A stretch of 64,000 nt of DNA from Candidatus Eiseniibacteriota bacterium. GTDB taxonomy: Bacteria; Eisenbacteria; RBG-16-71-46. Within the stretch, counting starts at the first letter, position 1. Each line of letters begins with the position of its first letter. Shown here in pieces: positions 31,121-41,298 of the stretch. Made by a program: the position numbers and the translations under genes. The stretch covers positions 1-64,000 of the forward strand of contig JANMQY010000016.1 of assembly GCA_031370785.1 (NCBI GenBank), read 5' to 3'. Below the pieces are notes generated by a model. The model searched no databases, had not been told where the DNA came from, and worked only from the letters and a program-made list of their open reading frames with translations.

Positions 31121-33343
31121 TCAGGGCCCGCTCCCGGTCTCGGCCGGGCGCGCGAAGATCCGCTCGCCGATGCCGAGGTTGAGCCTGACTTCGGAGATGT
31201 TGACGCGCATCGCGCTCCGCCCCTCGATCGAGCGCTCCTCTTCGAACGGCCACTGAAGTTTCTGAACCGGCCGGTAGTCGCGATAGATACGGCGCGCGGT
31301 GAAGAAGCTGCCGGGAACGACCGACTCGTATCGCTCGAGGGCGACCAGCATGTGAGTCTTCGAGTCGAGAAGGATGCGACTGCGCGCCCCGCGGCCATCC
31401 ACCAGATCGATGCCATCCACCTCGCGGCCGTCGATCCGGTCGGGGCCGCGGTAGGTGGCGCGCACCCCGGGCTCGATCGCGCCGAGGAGCACGTGCGGAA
31501 GATCGGAGCGGAATTCCCCGCGCAGGCCCGCGAGCTGCAGGCTGTCGCCGTCCTGAATCCCCGCCGTGCCACTGGCGGTGGTCCAGCTCCGGTCGACGTC
31601 GAGCCCCTGCCTGGTCTCGAGGCTGAGGAAGGTGGTGACCACGAGCATGCGCAACGGGTCCTTGCGGATCTGGGTCAGATCTCCGCCCATCCCGCCGCTG
31701 GTGCCGAGGATCGTGATCTTTCCGTGGATCTCGGAATCATGGATGTCGCGCAGCGCCTGCTCGCCGCCGTGCGCTTCGAGCGCCGCGTGCAGCAGCTCTC
31801 GCGCGCGTGCCTGGCGCTCCGGTGTGGCCTCGGCGGTGTCGCGGAAGACCGGGGCGAGCGGCGGAGCCAACGGTTGCACGACCTCGACCGGCCCGAGCGC
31901 CTCGAAGACACGGCGCAGCTTCTCCGCCGGGCCGACCGCCACAATGCTGATCCGGTCGGGATCGAACCAGCGTCGCAGCGCGGCGCCGAGGTCGGTCGCG
32001 TTCAACGTGGCCAGTCGCCGGGGCGCGCCGTCCTGGCTGCCCGAAGGCAGGCCGAGGTACTGGAGCGCGAGCCACTGGCCCATCTGTCCGCCGAGCGTCT
32101 CGAGCGGGAGCGAGTAGGTGTCGATCGCGACGCGCCGGATCGGCGCGAACTCGGCATCGCCGGGCGGATTCTTCACGAACTCGCGGAACTGACGGCGCAG
32201 GAATTCGGTGGCCGCAGCAGCGGAGTCGGTTCGCACCGGAGTCGCGACCGTGAACAGCCCGCCATCGCGCAGGGTGAGGATGGTTCCGCGCACGTTGTTC
32301 CCGAGCATGCGCCGGACCTCGGGTCCGCGCAGCCCGGTGTCGTCCCCTCCCCCGAACAGGGTCGCGCCCAGGGTGAGCGGGAGATCGTCCTCGGAAGCGC
32401 GGCCCGGGAGCAGCAGCGCGAGCCGTAGTTCGGTCGCGGTCGCCTCGGGCATGTCGACGATGCGGATCGGCCGGCGCGCAGAGGGCCCGTCGCCCGGCAG
32501 CGCCGGACTCGGGATCGCGGCGGCGGTCCCGACCCAGCGGCCGAACCGGTCCTCGGCCGCGGCGAACGCCTCGTCCGGCGTCACGTCGCCCGCGATCGCG
32601 AGCATGGCACCCGTCGGGCGGTAGCGGTCGCGGTAGAACGTGCGGATCTGATCGCGGGTCAGCGCGAGGATCGAGCTCTCGGTCCCGTAGGGCGGGCGGC
32701 CATAGGGATGGTCCCCGAACGCCAGCGACCACGCCTGCTCATCGGCGGTCGACGACGGATCCGAGTGAAGCTGAGAGAGACTGCGCACTGCCTGCACCCG
32801 CGTGTTGCGCAGCTCTTCGTCAGGGAAGATCGGATTGAGCGCGGCGTCGCTCAGCAGCTCCAACCCGGCGGTGAAGTCACGCGCGAGGAACGCTCCGTTC
32901 ACGGTCGCGTAGTCGCGCGAGGCGCCCGAGGTGATGCTGCCGCCGAGCCGTTCGACGTCGGCGGCGAACCGCGCGGCATCGCGCGAGGTGGATCCGCGCC
33001 GGATCAGCTGCGCGGTCAGGTAGGCGACCCCGTTCGCTCCGGCCGGCTCGGCCGAGATTCCGGCGGGCACCAGCAATTCCATCTGGACGATCGGTAGCCG
33101 TTTGCTCGGGAACACCGCCACGGTGAGTCCGTTGGAGAGCTTGCGCACCACCGGATCCACCTGCTGGAACGGCGGGCTCGGCGTCTGGGGAATGACGGGA
33201 CTTGGGGCCCGGGCCGGCGCGATGGTGCGCGCCGGTACGGCGCGACGTGCCGCAGCCGCAGGCGGCGCGGTTGCGGATCGCGCGACCGCGCCGCACAGCA
33301 TCAGCGCAGCGAGCGCCGGGAGGAGCTGGAGTGACCGGTTCAT
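31121..33343 (-). CDS. M16 peptidase-like subunit (no HxxEH) with an extra C-terminal LolA-like beta domain
   Basis: Signal peptide, LSNGLTV, GVAYLTAQL, HPYGRP..GT, then ALEAHGGEQAL...VRLNLGI...F. Confidence 0.8.
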   Translation of the reverse strand: MNRSLQLLPALAALMLCGAVARSATAPPAAAARRAVPARTIAPARAPSPVIPQTPSPPFQQVDPVVRKLSNGLTVAVFPSKRLPIVQMELLVPAGISAEPAGANGVAYLTAQLIRRGSTSRDAARFAADVERLGGSITSGASRDYATVNGAFLARDFTAGLELLSDAALNPIFPDEELRNTRVQAVRSLSQLHSDPSSTADEQAWSLAFGDHPYGRPPYGTESSILALTRDQIRTFYRDRYRPTGAMLAIAGDVTPDEAFAAAEDRFGRWVGTAAAIPSPALPGDGPSARRPIRIVDMPEATATELRLALLLPGRASEDDLPLTLGATLFGGGDDTGLRGPEVRRMLGNNVRGTILTLRDGGLFTVATPVRTDSAAAATEFLRRQFREFVKNPPGDAEFAPIRRVAIDTYSLPLETLGGQMGQWLALQYLGLPSGSQDGAPRRLATLNATDLGAALRRWFDPDRISIVAVGPAEKLRRVFEALGPVEVVQPLAPPLAPVFRDTAEATPERQARARELLHAALEAHGGEQALRDIHDSEIHGKITILGTSGGMGGDLTQIRKDPLRMLVVTTFLSLETRQGLDVDRSWTTASGTAGIQDGDSLQLAGLRGEFRSDLPHVLLGAIEPGVRATYRGPDRIDGREVDGIDLVDGRGARSRILLDSKTHMLVALERYESVVPGSFFTARRIYRDYRPVQKLQWPFEEERSIEGRSAMRVNISEVRLNLGIGERIFARPAETGSGP

Positions 33344-34725
33344 CAGCGGCCTCCCTTCGGCGTGGGCACGGGCGCTGGACGCGGCGCGCGCGGTCCGGGG
33401 GACCCGGGAGCCTGCGCTGCCCCCGGCATGAGCCAGACCAGCGCGCGATTCCGGGGCGTCAGCACTCTCGCGGCGACCCGGCTCACGTCCTCGGCGGACA
33501 GGGCGCGCAGCTGCGCGAGGCGGCGCTCCAGGATCGTGACATCGCCATCCAGCAGGCGCGCAGCCCCGAGCGACTGCGCAAAGCCGCGCGTCGTCTGCCA
33601 GCCCATGAGCAGCTCGGCCTCGGCCTGACGCTTCGCGCCCTCGAGCTCTTCGGGCTGAAGCGGTTCCCCGGCCAGCTTCTCGACCTCGTTCAGAAGCGCG
33701 CTCTCGACCGCCGCGGTGTCGGCACCCGGACGGGCCGCCGCGATCGCGAACAGCAATCCGCCCTCGCGCCGGCTGTCGAGGTCGCCCTGGGTGAGCAGGC
33801 ACAGCCGCTGCTTCTGGACCAGCTCGCGCTCGAGTCGATGCCCGCTGCCGAGCGCGCGCGCCAGCACCTCGAGCGCCGCGCCATCGGCGCTGCTGTCGGG
33901 CGGCGTGCGCCAGCCCGCGAACACCAGCGGCACCTGAGCTTCGCTATTGCGCCGCGCACGACCGCCGGCCGCGGCGGTCGCGACCGGCGCGGTCGGGAGA
34001 GATGGGCGACGGGCGACGCCCGAGAATGCGCGGCGCACCGACGCTTCGGCGACCGCGGGATCGAACCGGCCGACCACAGTGACCAGCGCGTTGCCCGGAC
34101 CGTAGCGCTCGCGGTGGAACGCGATGCAGTCGGCGAGCGTGATGCGTGGCAGATCGCCGGTCAGCCCGCTCGCCGGCCAGCGATAGGGATGCCCCGCCCA
34201 CGCGAGCGCATACAGCGCACGCAGGCCCTGGCCGACCGGCGCATTTTCCGCGCTCGATGCCTTGCGCGCGGCGATTGCCTGGCGCCGTGCGGCTTCGACG
34301 GTGGCGGCGGTGAGCGTGACCGATGCCATGCGGTCCGCCTCGAGCACCAGCGCGAGATCGAGCGCCGGGGGCGGCACGGTCTCGTAGAAGCAGGAATAGT
34401 CCGGCGTGGTGAACGTGCCCAGCGTGCCGCCGGCCGCCGCGATGCGCTGCCGATGCTCCCCGGAGCCGAAGCGCGAGGAGCCCGCGAACATCAGGCCTTC
34501 GATGAGATGCGTGATCCCGGTTCTGCCGGCGCGCTCCCAGCGCGTTCCTGCCCTGTACCAGACCGCGACATCGACCGTGGTCGCGGCGGGATCGGGCGCG
34601 AGCAGCACGGTGAGTCCGTTCTCCAGCTTCAGCTCCTTCACCGGCGCCGGCAGATCCGCGGCCCGGCCGGGCGCAGCCATCAACGCCAGCGCCAGAGCCA
34701 CGGCCGGCCCCATGCAGGTCTTCAT
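33343..34725 (-). CDS. M16 peptidase-like subunit with a degenerate Zn motif (HLIEG)
   Basis: Signal peptide, LENGLTV, WYRAGT..GITHLIEGLMF, LEADRM, HPYRWP..G, YGPGNA. Confidence 0.82.
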   Translation of the reverse strand: MKTCMGPAVALALALMAAPGRAADLPAPVKELKLENGLTVLLAPDPAATTVDVAVWYRAGTRWERAGRTGITHLIEGLMFAGSSRFGSGEHRQRIAAAGGTLGTFTTPDYSCFYETVPPPALDLALVLEADRMASVTLTAATVEAARRQAIAARKASSAENAPVGQGLRALYALAWAGHPYRWPASGLTGDLPRITLADCIAFHRERYGPGNALVTVVGRFDPAVAEASVRRAFSGVARRPSLPTAPVATAAAGGRARRNSEAQVPLVFAGWRTPPDSSADGAALEVLARALGSGHRLERELVQKQRLCLLTQGDLDSRREGGLLFAIAAARPGADTAAVESALLNEVEKLAGEPLQPEELEGAKRQAEAELLMGWQTTRGFAQSLGAARLLDGDVTILERRLAQLRALSAEDVSRVAARVLTPRNRALVWLMPGAAQAPGSPGPRAPRPAPVPTPKGGR

Positions 34726-34751
34726 TCGATTTGCCTTTCGTCGAGTTCGCT

Positions 34752-36617
34752 TCAGCGCAGCCACACCACTCGCGCCGCCGAGCGATGCCCGGCGGCCTCG
34801 AATGCCACGAAGTAGAGTCCGGCGCCGACACTGTGGCCGTCGTCGTCACGGCCGTTCCATTCGACCGTCCGGTATTCGCCACGCGCGATCACGCCCGAGA
34901 ACAGTCCACGCACGCGGCGACCCTGGGCGTCGAACACATCGAGCCGGGCGGAAGCGGATGGCGGAGATCCCGCGCCCAGCGCGAAGCGGATCGCGCTCCC
35001 ACCGTCGCAGGAGGAGAGCGGATTGGGCCCGAGCAGGGCGAGACCGAGCGCGGCGACGGGCGGCGTGCCCACGCTCACACCCGGGAAGCCCCAGCGCAGC
35101 GCGGCCAGGCCATTGGGAATGCCGTAGCCCCTGAGCGTGTCGGGGGAACCCGCCTGCGAGGCGGTCTCGCGCAGCGCGCGGATGATCATCGAAGGCGTGA
35201 AGTGCGGGCGGGCCTGGATCAGGCAGGCCGTGAGCCCGGCGAGGATCGGGGTCGAGAACGAGGTTCCGCTCCCGAATCCGTAGGCCTGCGGGTTGCCGTT
35301 CGACGAGACCAGCGAATTGGAGACGCCGAGCGCGCACAGGTCGGGCTTGATGCGGCCATCGGCGCTCGGGCCACGAGAAGAGAAGTTGGCCAGCACACCG
35401 CTGGAGTTGACCGCCCCGACCGCGATCAGGCTGTCCCCGTGGACGTCGGCGGGCGCGACGATCTTCTTCCAGAGCTTGTCGCCTTCGTTACCCGCGGCGT
35501 TCAGCACCAGGATGCCCTTGGCCGCGGCGATCTCGGCGGCGCGCGACACCACCGTCGTGTGGCCGTCCATGTCGGCGTAGGTGTAGCTGCCGACGCCGCC
35601 ATCGAACTGGTTGTAGCCGAGCGATGAAGTGATGAGATCCGCGCCCAGGCTGTCCGCCCACTCCGCGCCCATCCCCCAGTTCACCATCTCCTGCGGTGTC
35701 TCGCTGAAGTAATTCTCGGTGCGGCCAAGCGCGTATGTGGCGCCGAAGGCCGAGCCCATGTAGACGCCCGACCTGTTGCCGGCGATGCAGCCCATCACGT
35801 TGGTTCCGTGGTTGTAACCGACCCCGCTCGTGGTGTCGCTGGCCAGCGTGTCACCACCGACGAAGTCGCGTTCGTGGCCGGGGCCGAGCAGCACGTTTCG
35901 CAGCGCTTCGTGCTTGCTGTGGAAGTTGAAGCCCTCGTCGAGAATGCACACCAGCACGCCGGTGCCGATGTAGCCGGAATCATGCACCGCCGGCACCCCG
36001 ATCTGGGTCATCGCGCCTGTCATCATGGAGCCGTAGTCGAAGCTCGTCACCCGCTTCATGCAGGTGGCGCATTCCACCGCCGAAGGCGCAACCTCGGGAG
36101 TGCCGTCGTCGGGGGCCGGGCGCATGCGCGTCGCCAGCTCGACCGGGCGCAGGTGCTGGACGAATGGAAGCGCGGCGAGATCGACGAGGCGCCCGGCGGG
36201 CACGCGAACGGCCACGCGATTGAACCACCGCGACTGGCCGTAGGGCACGAGGCCGCGCGCGCGAAGTGCATCGACGTAGGGCGCGTGCAGCGGCACGTCG
36301 AGGTAGTCCACCAGAGGCGAGACGCGGGCGCGCTCGCGCCGCGCGCGGCTGCGCGGGCTCAGCTCGGTCTCGGCGCGCGCGAGCATCATCGCCAGCTCGC
36401 CGGGACTCCTTTCACCCTTGTCTGAAAAGGAAACCCACACCGAAACCGGCTCCTCGGGTGTCGCGAGCGCGGCGGCCAGGCGCGGGTCGAGCTTGAGCGC
36501 GACGCGTTCATCGAGCGGCGCGACCACCTTTGAGAGGTCGGGCGCCGGCGCGGCGATCGAGCGCGAGGCAGCGCCCACCATCAGGATGCTGAGCAGGATG
36601 CGAAGTCCCGGTCTCAC
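34752..36617 (-). CDS. Secreted S8 subtilisin-like protease with a FlgD-Ig/T9SS-like CTD
   Basis: Triad ILDEG / HGT / GTSFSTP, AAGN, KPDLCA; CTD VFDAQGRRVRGL..WNGRDDDG..GLYF. Confidence 0.92.
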   Translation of the reverse strand: MRPGLRILLSILMVGAASRSIAAPAPDLSKVVAPLDERVALKLDPRLAAALATPEEPVSVWVSFSDKGERSPGELAMMLARAETELSPRSRARRERARVSPLVDYLDVPLHAPYVDALRARGLVPYGQSRWFNRVAVRVPAGRLVDLAALPFVQHLRPVELATRMRPAPDDGTPEVAPSAVECATCMKRVTSFDYGSMMTGAMTQIGVPAVHDSGYIGTGVLVCILDEGFNFHSKHEALRNVLLGPGHERDFVGGDTLASDTTSGVGYNHGTNVMGCIAGNRSGVYMGSAFGATYALGRTENYFSETPQEMVNWGMGAEWADSLGADLITSSLGYNQFDGGVGSYTYADMDGHTTVVSRAAEIAAAKGILVLNAAGNEGDKLWKKIVAPADVHGDSLIAVGAVNSSGVLANFSSRGPSADGRIKPDLCALGVSNSLVSSNGNPQAYGFGSGTSFSTPILAGLTACLIQARPHFTPSMIIRALRETASQAGSPDTLRGYGIPNGLAALRWGFPGVSVGTPPVAALGLALLGPNPLSSCDGGSAIRFALGAGSPPSASARLDVFDAQGRRVRGLFSGVIARGEYRTVEWNGRDDDGHSVGAGLYFVAFEAAGHRSAARVVWLR

Positions 36618-36689
36618 GTGTTCTCCACGAAGTCACCCTGGGGACGAGGAAACATTCGCCCCAGGCGACAGATGATATCCGGATCGGGG

Positions 36690-37709
36690 TCAGCCGACCG
36701 CGGGCTCCAGTCTTCTTGCGACCGCTTCGATCACGCCGACTTCGAGTCCGGCGTGGTTGCGCAGGATCGGCCTCGCCAGGTCGGCGAGCCGTTCCGCCTC
36801 GCCCGGCTCCAGCGCGCCGAGCTGATCGAGCGCGGCGAACAGCGCCGGCCCCAGACCGCGTGCCTGCCCGTCCTCGGATTTGAGCGCGAGGCCCAGGTCA
36901 CGTGCGGGGAGCGCGACGCACTCGAGTCCCTCGGCTCCGCCCTTGGCGATCCGATCCTTCGCTCCGCGTTCCATCAGCTCGCTGCTCAACCTTCCCACCC
37001 CTCCGGTCGCGCGCGGATACGCGCGCATCGCGCCGCGGATCCGCGCCAGCGCGCTCTCGCGCGCATCACCCGATTCGCTTGCCGCGGCAAGCCGGGCATA
37101 GGCGCGCGCCATGCCCGACAGCGGCAGCGCGAACACCACCACGCTGCACCCGTCCACCGCAGTCAGCAGCGAATCCGCCGACACTCCGCACAGTTCGGCG
37201 ATGGTGCGACACATGAGCTGCTGCACGGGATGATCGGCCCGCTCGTAGCCGCGTACCGGCCAGCCTTCGGAGAGCGCGAGGCACAGCATCCCGGCGTGTT
37301 TTCCCGAGCAGTTATTGTACAGGCCCGAGCGCTTCTCAGGATGGGCCTTCACATCGGCCAGGGATTCGGGATCGAGCGGGTCGTGATAGCCGCATGCGAG
37401 CGCGGAGGCGTCGAGTCCGAGCCGGTCGAGCACCCCGGAGACCAGCTCGAGATGATAGGAGCTGCCGGTGTGCGAGGCGCACATCACCGCCAGCTCCTGG
37501 TCGGTGAGCTTCCAGCGCTCTGCGTGACCGCGCTCGACCAGCGGCAGGAGCTGGAAGGGTTTGGCGGCCGAGCGGAAGGTCGTGACCATCCCGGGCCGTT
37601 CGGTCTCGAGCGCCATCCGCCCGTCCGGGTCGACGGCGACCGCCTGGATGCGGTGGACCGACTCGGCGATCTCCCCGCGGCGAACCACCACGTCGAGTCT
37701 CAGACGCAT
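36690..37709 (-). CDS. L-asparaginase II (Rhizobium AnsA-type) family protein
   Basis: ESVH, RSAAKPFQ, CASHTG, NNCSGKHAGML, DGC, AKGGAEG. Confidence 0.88.
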   Translation of the reverse strand: MRLRLDVVVRRGEIAESVHRIQAVAVDPDGRMALETERPGMVTTFRSAAKPFQLLPLVERGHAERWKLTDQELAVMCASHTGSSYHLELVSGVLDRLGLDASALACGYHDPLDPESLADVKAHPEKRSGLYNNCSGKHAGMLCLALSEGWPVRGYERADHPVQQLMCRTIAELCGVSADSLLTAVDGCSVVVFALPLSGMARAYARLAAASESGDARESALARIRGAMRAYPRATGGVGRLSSELMERGAKDRIAKGGAEGLECVALPARDLGLALKSEDGQARGLGPALFAALDQLGALEPGEAERLADLARPILRNHAGLEVGVIEAVARRLEPAVG

Positions 37710-37767
37710 GTCCGGATGCGGGGCGGAAGCGCGAGGGCCCGCGACTCGACGGCGCGGACCACGCGGA

Positions 37768-38853
37768 TCAGCGCACCACCACGAAGCGGCTCTGGAACGA
37801 GAATGAACTCGCCTCCACGCGATAGACGTAGATGCCGGAGGCGACCGCCTGGCCGTTCGCGTTGGTCAGATTCCAGCGTTCGAAGTCGCGCACCGGATCG
37901 TCGTGCTTGAGCGTGGTGACGAGGTCCCCGGCGACGGTGTAGACGCGGATCGTGGATTGGGCGGGCAGGTTGATGAAATGGACCTCGTGATCGCCCGAGC
38001 GATCCCACACCTCGTGCGCTCGATACGGATTGGGCACGACCGCGACGCGCTCCAGATTCGAGGTGGGCCCGCCGGTCGGCTCGATCGGCGCGGCGATCAT
38101 GTTCGTGTTCTTGCTATTCAGGTTGGTGCGCGGGCAGGTCGTGGAGTCCCCATAGGTCCCGCACCGCGCGTAATTGCCCGAGGTGTCGTAGGGGCCCGGC
38201 ACGAAGAGATCGGAGTAGGTGTTGTCCAGCAGATTCAGGCCCTCGTAGGTGATCGAGTACCAGGTGCGGAAGCCATCATGGGGCCCGGGCGGCGCGATCA
38301 GGCGGATGACTGAGTCGCCGCGGGAAAGGCAGCGCCCGAGCGCGTCGAGCAGGCGGCACTGCTTCACGTAGTTTCCGTTGGAATCCGGATCCACGAAGGT
38401 CACGACGCTGTCGTGCGCAACGCTGCCCTGACACATGAACTCGAGCGTGGTCGGATCCACCACCGAAAAGTTCCAGGTGCGCGCGTCGCCGAAATTCCGC
38501 GAGAAGCGGCGGATCAGCTGCATGCGGGTGGTGTCGGGTGTGCCGACCACCCGGTAGATACGATAGCCCCCGAAGTCCGCGCGCGCCTCGGCCCGGCGAT
38601 CGCGCAGGAACCGCAGCGACACCGTACGCGGTTTTGCCTCGAGGCTCTCAGCCGGCAGACCCTGGAACAACCCGACGCACAACTGCGGAATGTAGAGGCT
38701 GCTGTCGCGGAACGCGCCGGAGAGTGCCCAGACCGGAATGCGAGGGAAGCCGGCCTGCGCATCGCTGCGTGACACGAACCCGGCGCCGGCCGCAAGGGCC
38801 AGCGCCAGGATCAGGAGCAGACGTCGGAACGAGATTTCACGGTCCTGCGCCAT
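37768..38853 (-). CDS. Secreted hypothetical protein with a T9SS-like CTD (VVPNPY type)
   Basis: Signal peptide, DFGGYRIYR, GFRTWYSIT, VAVVPNPY..FINLP..IRVYTVAGDLV..WNL..VASGIYVY. Confidence 0.8.
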   Translation of the reverse strand: MAQDREISFRRLLLILALALAAGAGFVSRSDAQAGFPRIPVWALSGAFRDSSLYIPQLCVGLFQGLPAESLEAKPRTVSLRFLRDRRAEARADFGGYRIYRVVGTPDTTRMQLIRRFSRNFGDARTWNFSVVDPTTLEFMCQGSVAHDSVVTFVDPDSNGNYVKQCRLLDALGRCLSRGDSVIRLIAPPGPHDGFRTWYSITYEGLNLLDNTYSDLFVPGPYDTSGNYARCGTYGDSTTCPRTNLNSKNTNMIAAPIEPTGGPTSNLERVAVVPNPYRAHEVWDRSGDHEVHFINLPAQSTIRVYTVAGDLVTTLKHDDPVRDFERWNLTNANGQAVASGIYVYRVEASSFSFQSRFVVVR

Positions 38854-38859
38854 GCGGTC

Positions 38860-41298
38860 TTACTCCAGGGGTTTTCGGACAGGTCCGGTCGGAAGCGGCG
38901 TCGCTCGCTGGTCGCGCAGCACGCGATCGACCGCTCGCGACGATCCACGTGGTGCACTGCGGAGCACCGGCGTGACGCCTCCCTTCCAGGCACTGGCGGG
39001 CACCAGATTCGTGCGCGGCATGGGGCCGGTGCGTGGAATGCCGAAGACATCGGTGAGCACGAACCGTGATACGGCCTCCGCGTCCGAACGCGTGAAGAAC
39101 CAGACCGGAAACCCCGAGAACACCAGCGGACCGTTCGCCTGGCCATGGTAGTAGGTCATGACCGGGCCGAGGAAGAAGTTCGAGGTCGACACGCTGTACA
39201 GCGTGTCGAGGGCCGACTGCTCGTTCACTCCAAGGATCGACGGATCGAAATCCTCGATGATGAAGTTTGGCGCCGTGGCCGTGATGTACTCGATCTCCTT
39301 GTCGACCTGATAGAACGCCGCCGGTCCCTGGCCCGTGCGATTCGGCGGGAACGGGTCCAGGCTCGGATTCTTGGGACGAATGTACTGTGGCAGCAACCCG
39401 TAGTTGGGCGGACCAGGGATGTCGCGATTCGGCCCGTGGCCGGTCCAGGGAACGCCGATACGGGAATACTTGCTCACGGCGGTTGGTGTAATCGTCGCCG
39501 AAGTATTGGCGACTTCAGTCCGCCAGTGCACGAGGTCGTACATCATGCGTCCCGGGATCAGTTCGTTGCGATTGCCGTTCCAGATCGAAGTCTGGTTGCT
39601 GCGGTTCGTCCAGTCCTTGAGACTCGCGAGCGCAATGCCCCCGCCCATGAGCCACAGCCGGCCGCCCGACTTGCTGTAGGTGGCAATCGTGTTGACGTGG
39701 TTGGGGAAGGCCATGTAGCGCAAAGATGTGTATTTCTTCCCCGCGCCGAACACGATGGTCGCCCCCGCCTGATCGACGAACCAGACCACCGTACGATACT
39801 GGCCCATGATGGAAAGTGGGAAGGTCTGGTCGATCTTGCCGGTCTCGGTGGTGGCGGTGTCGTATGCGTAGCCGCTGAACAGGCCCGGTGGTGAGATCGT
39901 TCCCGTCGGGTACTTCTGCCAGGGCACACCGCCCACCGCGAACAGGAACGTGTCGAGCTCGGCTCGTGACGGCCAGGGCCCGGTCGGCGCCTTGTAGTCG
40001 CCAGGGCCAAAGCCGGGAGGATACGGCGGTGTCAGCGTCTGGTCGACGGTCAGGCGGGTGTCGTTGACGAACAGCACCGGCTTCGCGAAGGTCGGCTTGA
40101 CCACCGTGAACCGGATCGCGCCCAGGCTCTTGAGGCCGTTGTTGTCGGTCGCCTCGATGTAGAAGCGAAGCAGCGTGTCACGCGCGAACGGTCCGACCGT
40201 TGCCGAGGTGGTCCCGAGGGATGGCGCCGACCAGTGACTGACGTCGGTCTGCTCGTTCGTGCGCGGGGTCTCATCACCCACGTCGCCGCCGAGTTTCCAG
40301 CGATAGCTTTCGATGTCCGCGCCTTCGCGGGCCGGGTCGGCGAACCAGTTGAAGGTCACCGGCTGATTCGCCGGGATCTCCAGGGCCACTTCGCACCGCG
40401 GGTCGTTGCAGTAGCCGCCGCTCGGATACCTGTAGAAGAAGAATTCGTTGAACATCGTGATGACCGGCCCGTTGCTCCCCGCAAACGTGGTCCGGAGTCG
40501 GAGCATGTTGGTGTCGAGCGAGAAGATGGGCGAGTACGCGCCCGCCTCGTCGAACGCGACCACTGCGAACAGATAGTCGGTGTTTGGGGACAGATTCGTA
40601 TATTGAACGGTGGTGGTGTCGGTGCTGCTCGAATCCCAGCCCACGAAATTGGGCGCGAAGAAGATTCGGAACGCATTGGGGTCGCGTATCGCCTCACTGA
40701 TGGGATACGCGCCGCCGGGAGCGAACAGCTTGAACTTGTATTTTTTCGGCTTGGTGCTGCTCTGGCCGTCAGGATCGGTCCCGGTCCAGTTGATTCGCAC
40801 CGCGGGCGTGACGTACGCCACCGAGAGGTGCGTGGGCCTCGGCGACAGGATGAGCACCGTGGGCGCGACGGTGTACGAGTAGAAGGAACGGGTCACGGCC
40901 TCGCAGGTGTCCCCCTGATCATCGACCGCGACGATATAGAAGGTATGGAAATCGGAGGAACGATCCTCCGAAGTGCCGCCGGTGGTGTCCGGGCGCGCTG
41001 CCGCGAACTGGATGATCTGCTCGTTCTTGGTGGTGAGCGTCCGCGGGATCTTCTTTCCGTCGTCCGCCCAGTAGATGTAGTGGTCCACGCGACCATCTGG
41101 ATCGTATCCGACCCAGTTGATCCGGTAGGAATAGAAGTAGCGGTTGGTCGTGTCGTACGGCGCGCTGCTGAGGCGCACCGTCGGCGGCTGGTTCGGCACG
41201 AGCGCGCTCTTCAGGCTCTTGCTGCAGCCGGACGCCGCGAGCGCGGCCAGAGCCGCGACCAGCAGCGAGAGGCTCAGGGCGAGGCGCGTGGACTTCAT
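38860..41298 (-). CDS. Large lipoprotein with Ig/Fn3-like repeats and a C-terminal Rossmann-like domain
   Basis: Lipobox AASGC; NQPPTV..INWVGYDPDG, INWTGTDPDG, FAVVAFDEAG; VLFVND, YRTVVWF. Confidence 0.75.
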   Translation of the reverse strand: MKSTRLALSLSLLVAALAALAASGCSKSLKSALVPNQPPTVRLSSAPYDTTNRYFYSYRINWVGYDPDGRVDHYIYWADDGKKIPRTLTTKNEQIIQFAAARPDTTGGTSEDRSSDFHTFYIVAVDDQGDTCEAVTRSFYSYTVAPTVLILSPRPTHLSVAYVTPAVRINWTGTDPDGQSSTKPKKYKFKLFAPGGAYPISEAIRDPNAFRIFFAPNFVGWDSSSTDTTTVQYTNLSPNTDYLFAVVAFDEAGAYSPIFSLDTNMLRLRTTFAGSNGPVITMFNEFFFYRYPSGGYCNDPRCEVALEIPANQPVTFNWFADPAREGADIESYRWKLGGDVGDETPRTNEQTDVSHWSAPSLGTTSATVGPFARDTLLRFYIEATDNNGLKSLGAIRFTVVKPTFAKPVLFVNDTRLTVDQTLTPPYPPGFGPGDYKAPTGPWPSRAELDTFLFAVGGVPWQKYPTGTISPPGLFSGYAYDTATTETGKIDQTFPLSIMGQYRTVVWFVDQAGATIVFGAGKKYTSLRYMAFPNHVNTIATYSKSGGRLWLMGGGIALASLKDWTNRSNQTSIWNGNRNELIPGRMMYDLVHWRTEVANTSATITPTAVSKYSRIGVPWTGHGPNRDIPGPPNYGLLPQYIRPKNPSLDPFPPNRTGQGPAAFYQVDKEIEYITATAPNFIIEDFDPSILGVNEQSALDTLYSVSTSNFFLGPVMTYYHGQANGPLVFSGFPVWFFTRSDAEAVSRFVLTDVFGIPRTGPMPRTNLVPASAWKGGVTPVLRSAPRGSSRAVDRVLRDQRATPLPTGPVRKPLE

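Noticed and set aside
36055..36075. CATC (CxxC) in the S8 protease as a heme c site
   Set aside because: Followed by Met, not His, so it is not CxxCH; it lies in the propeptide linker.
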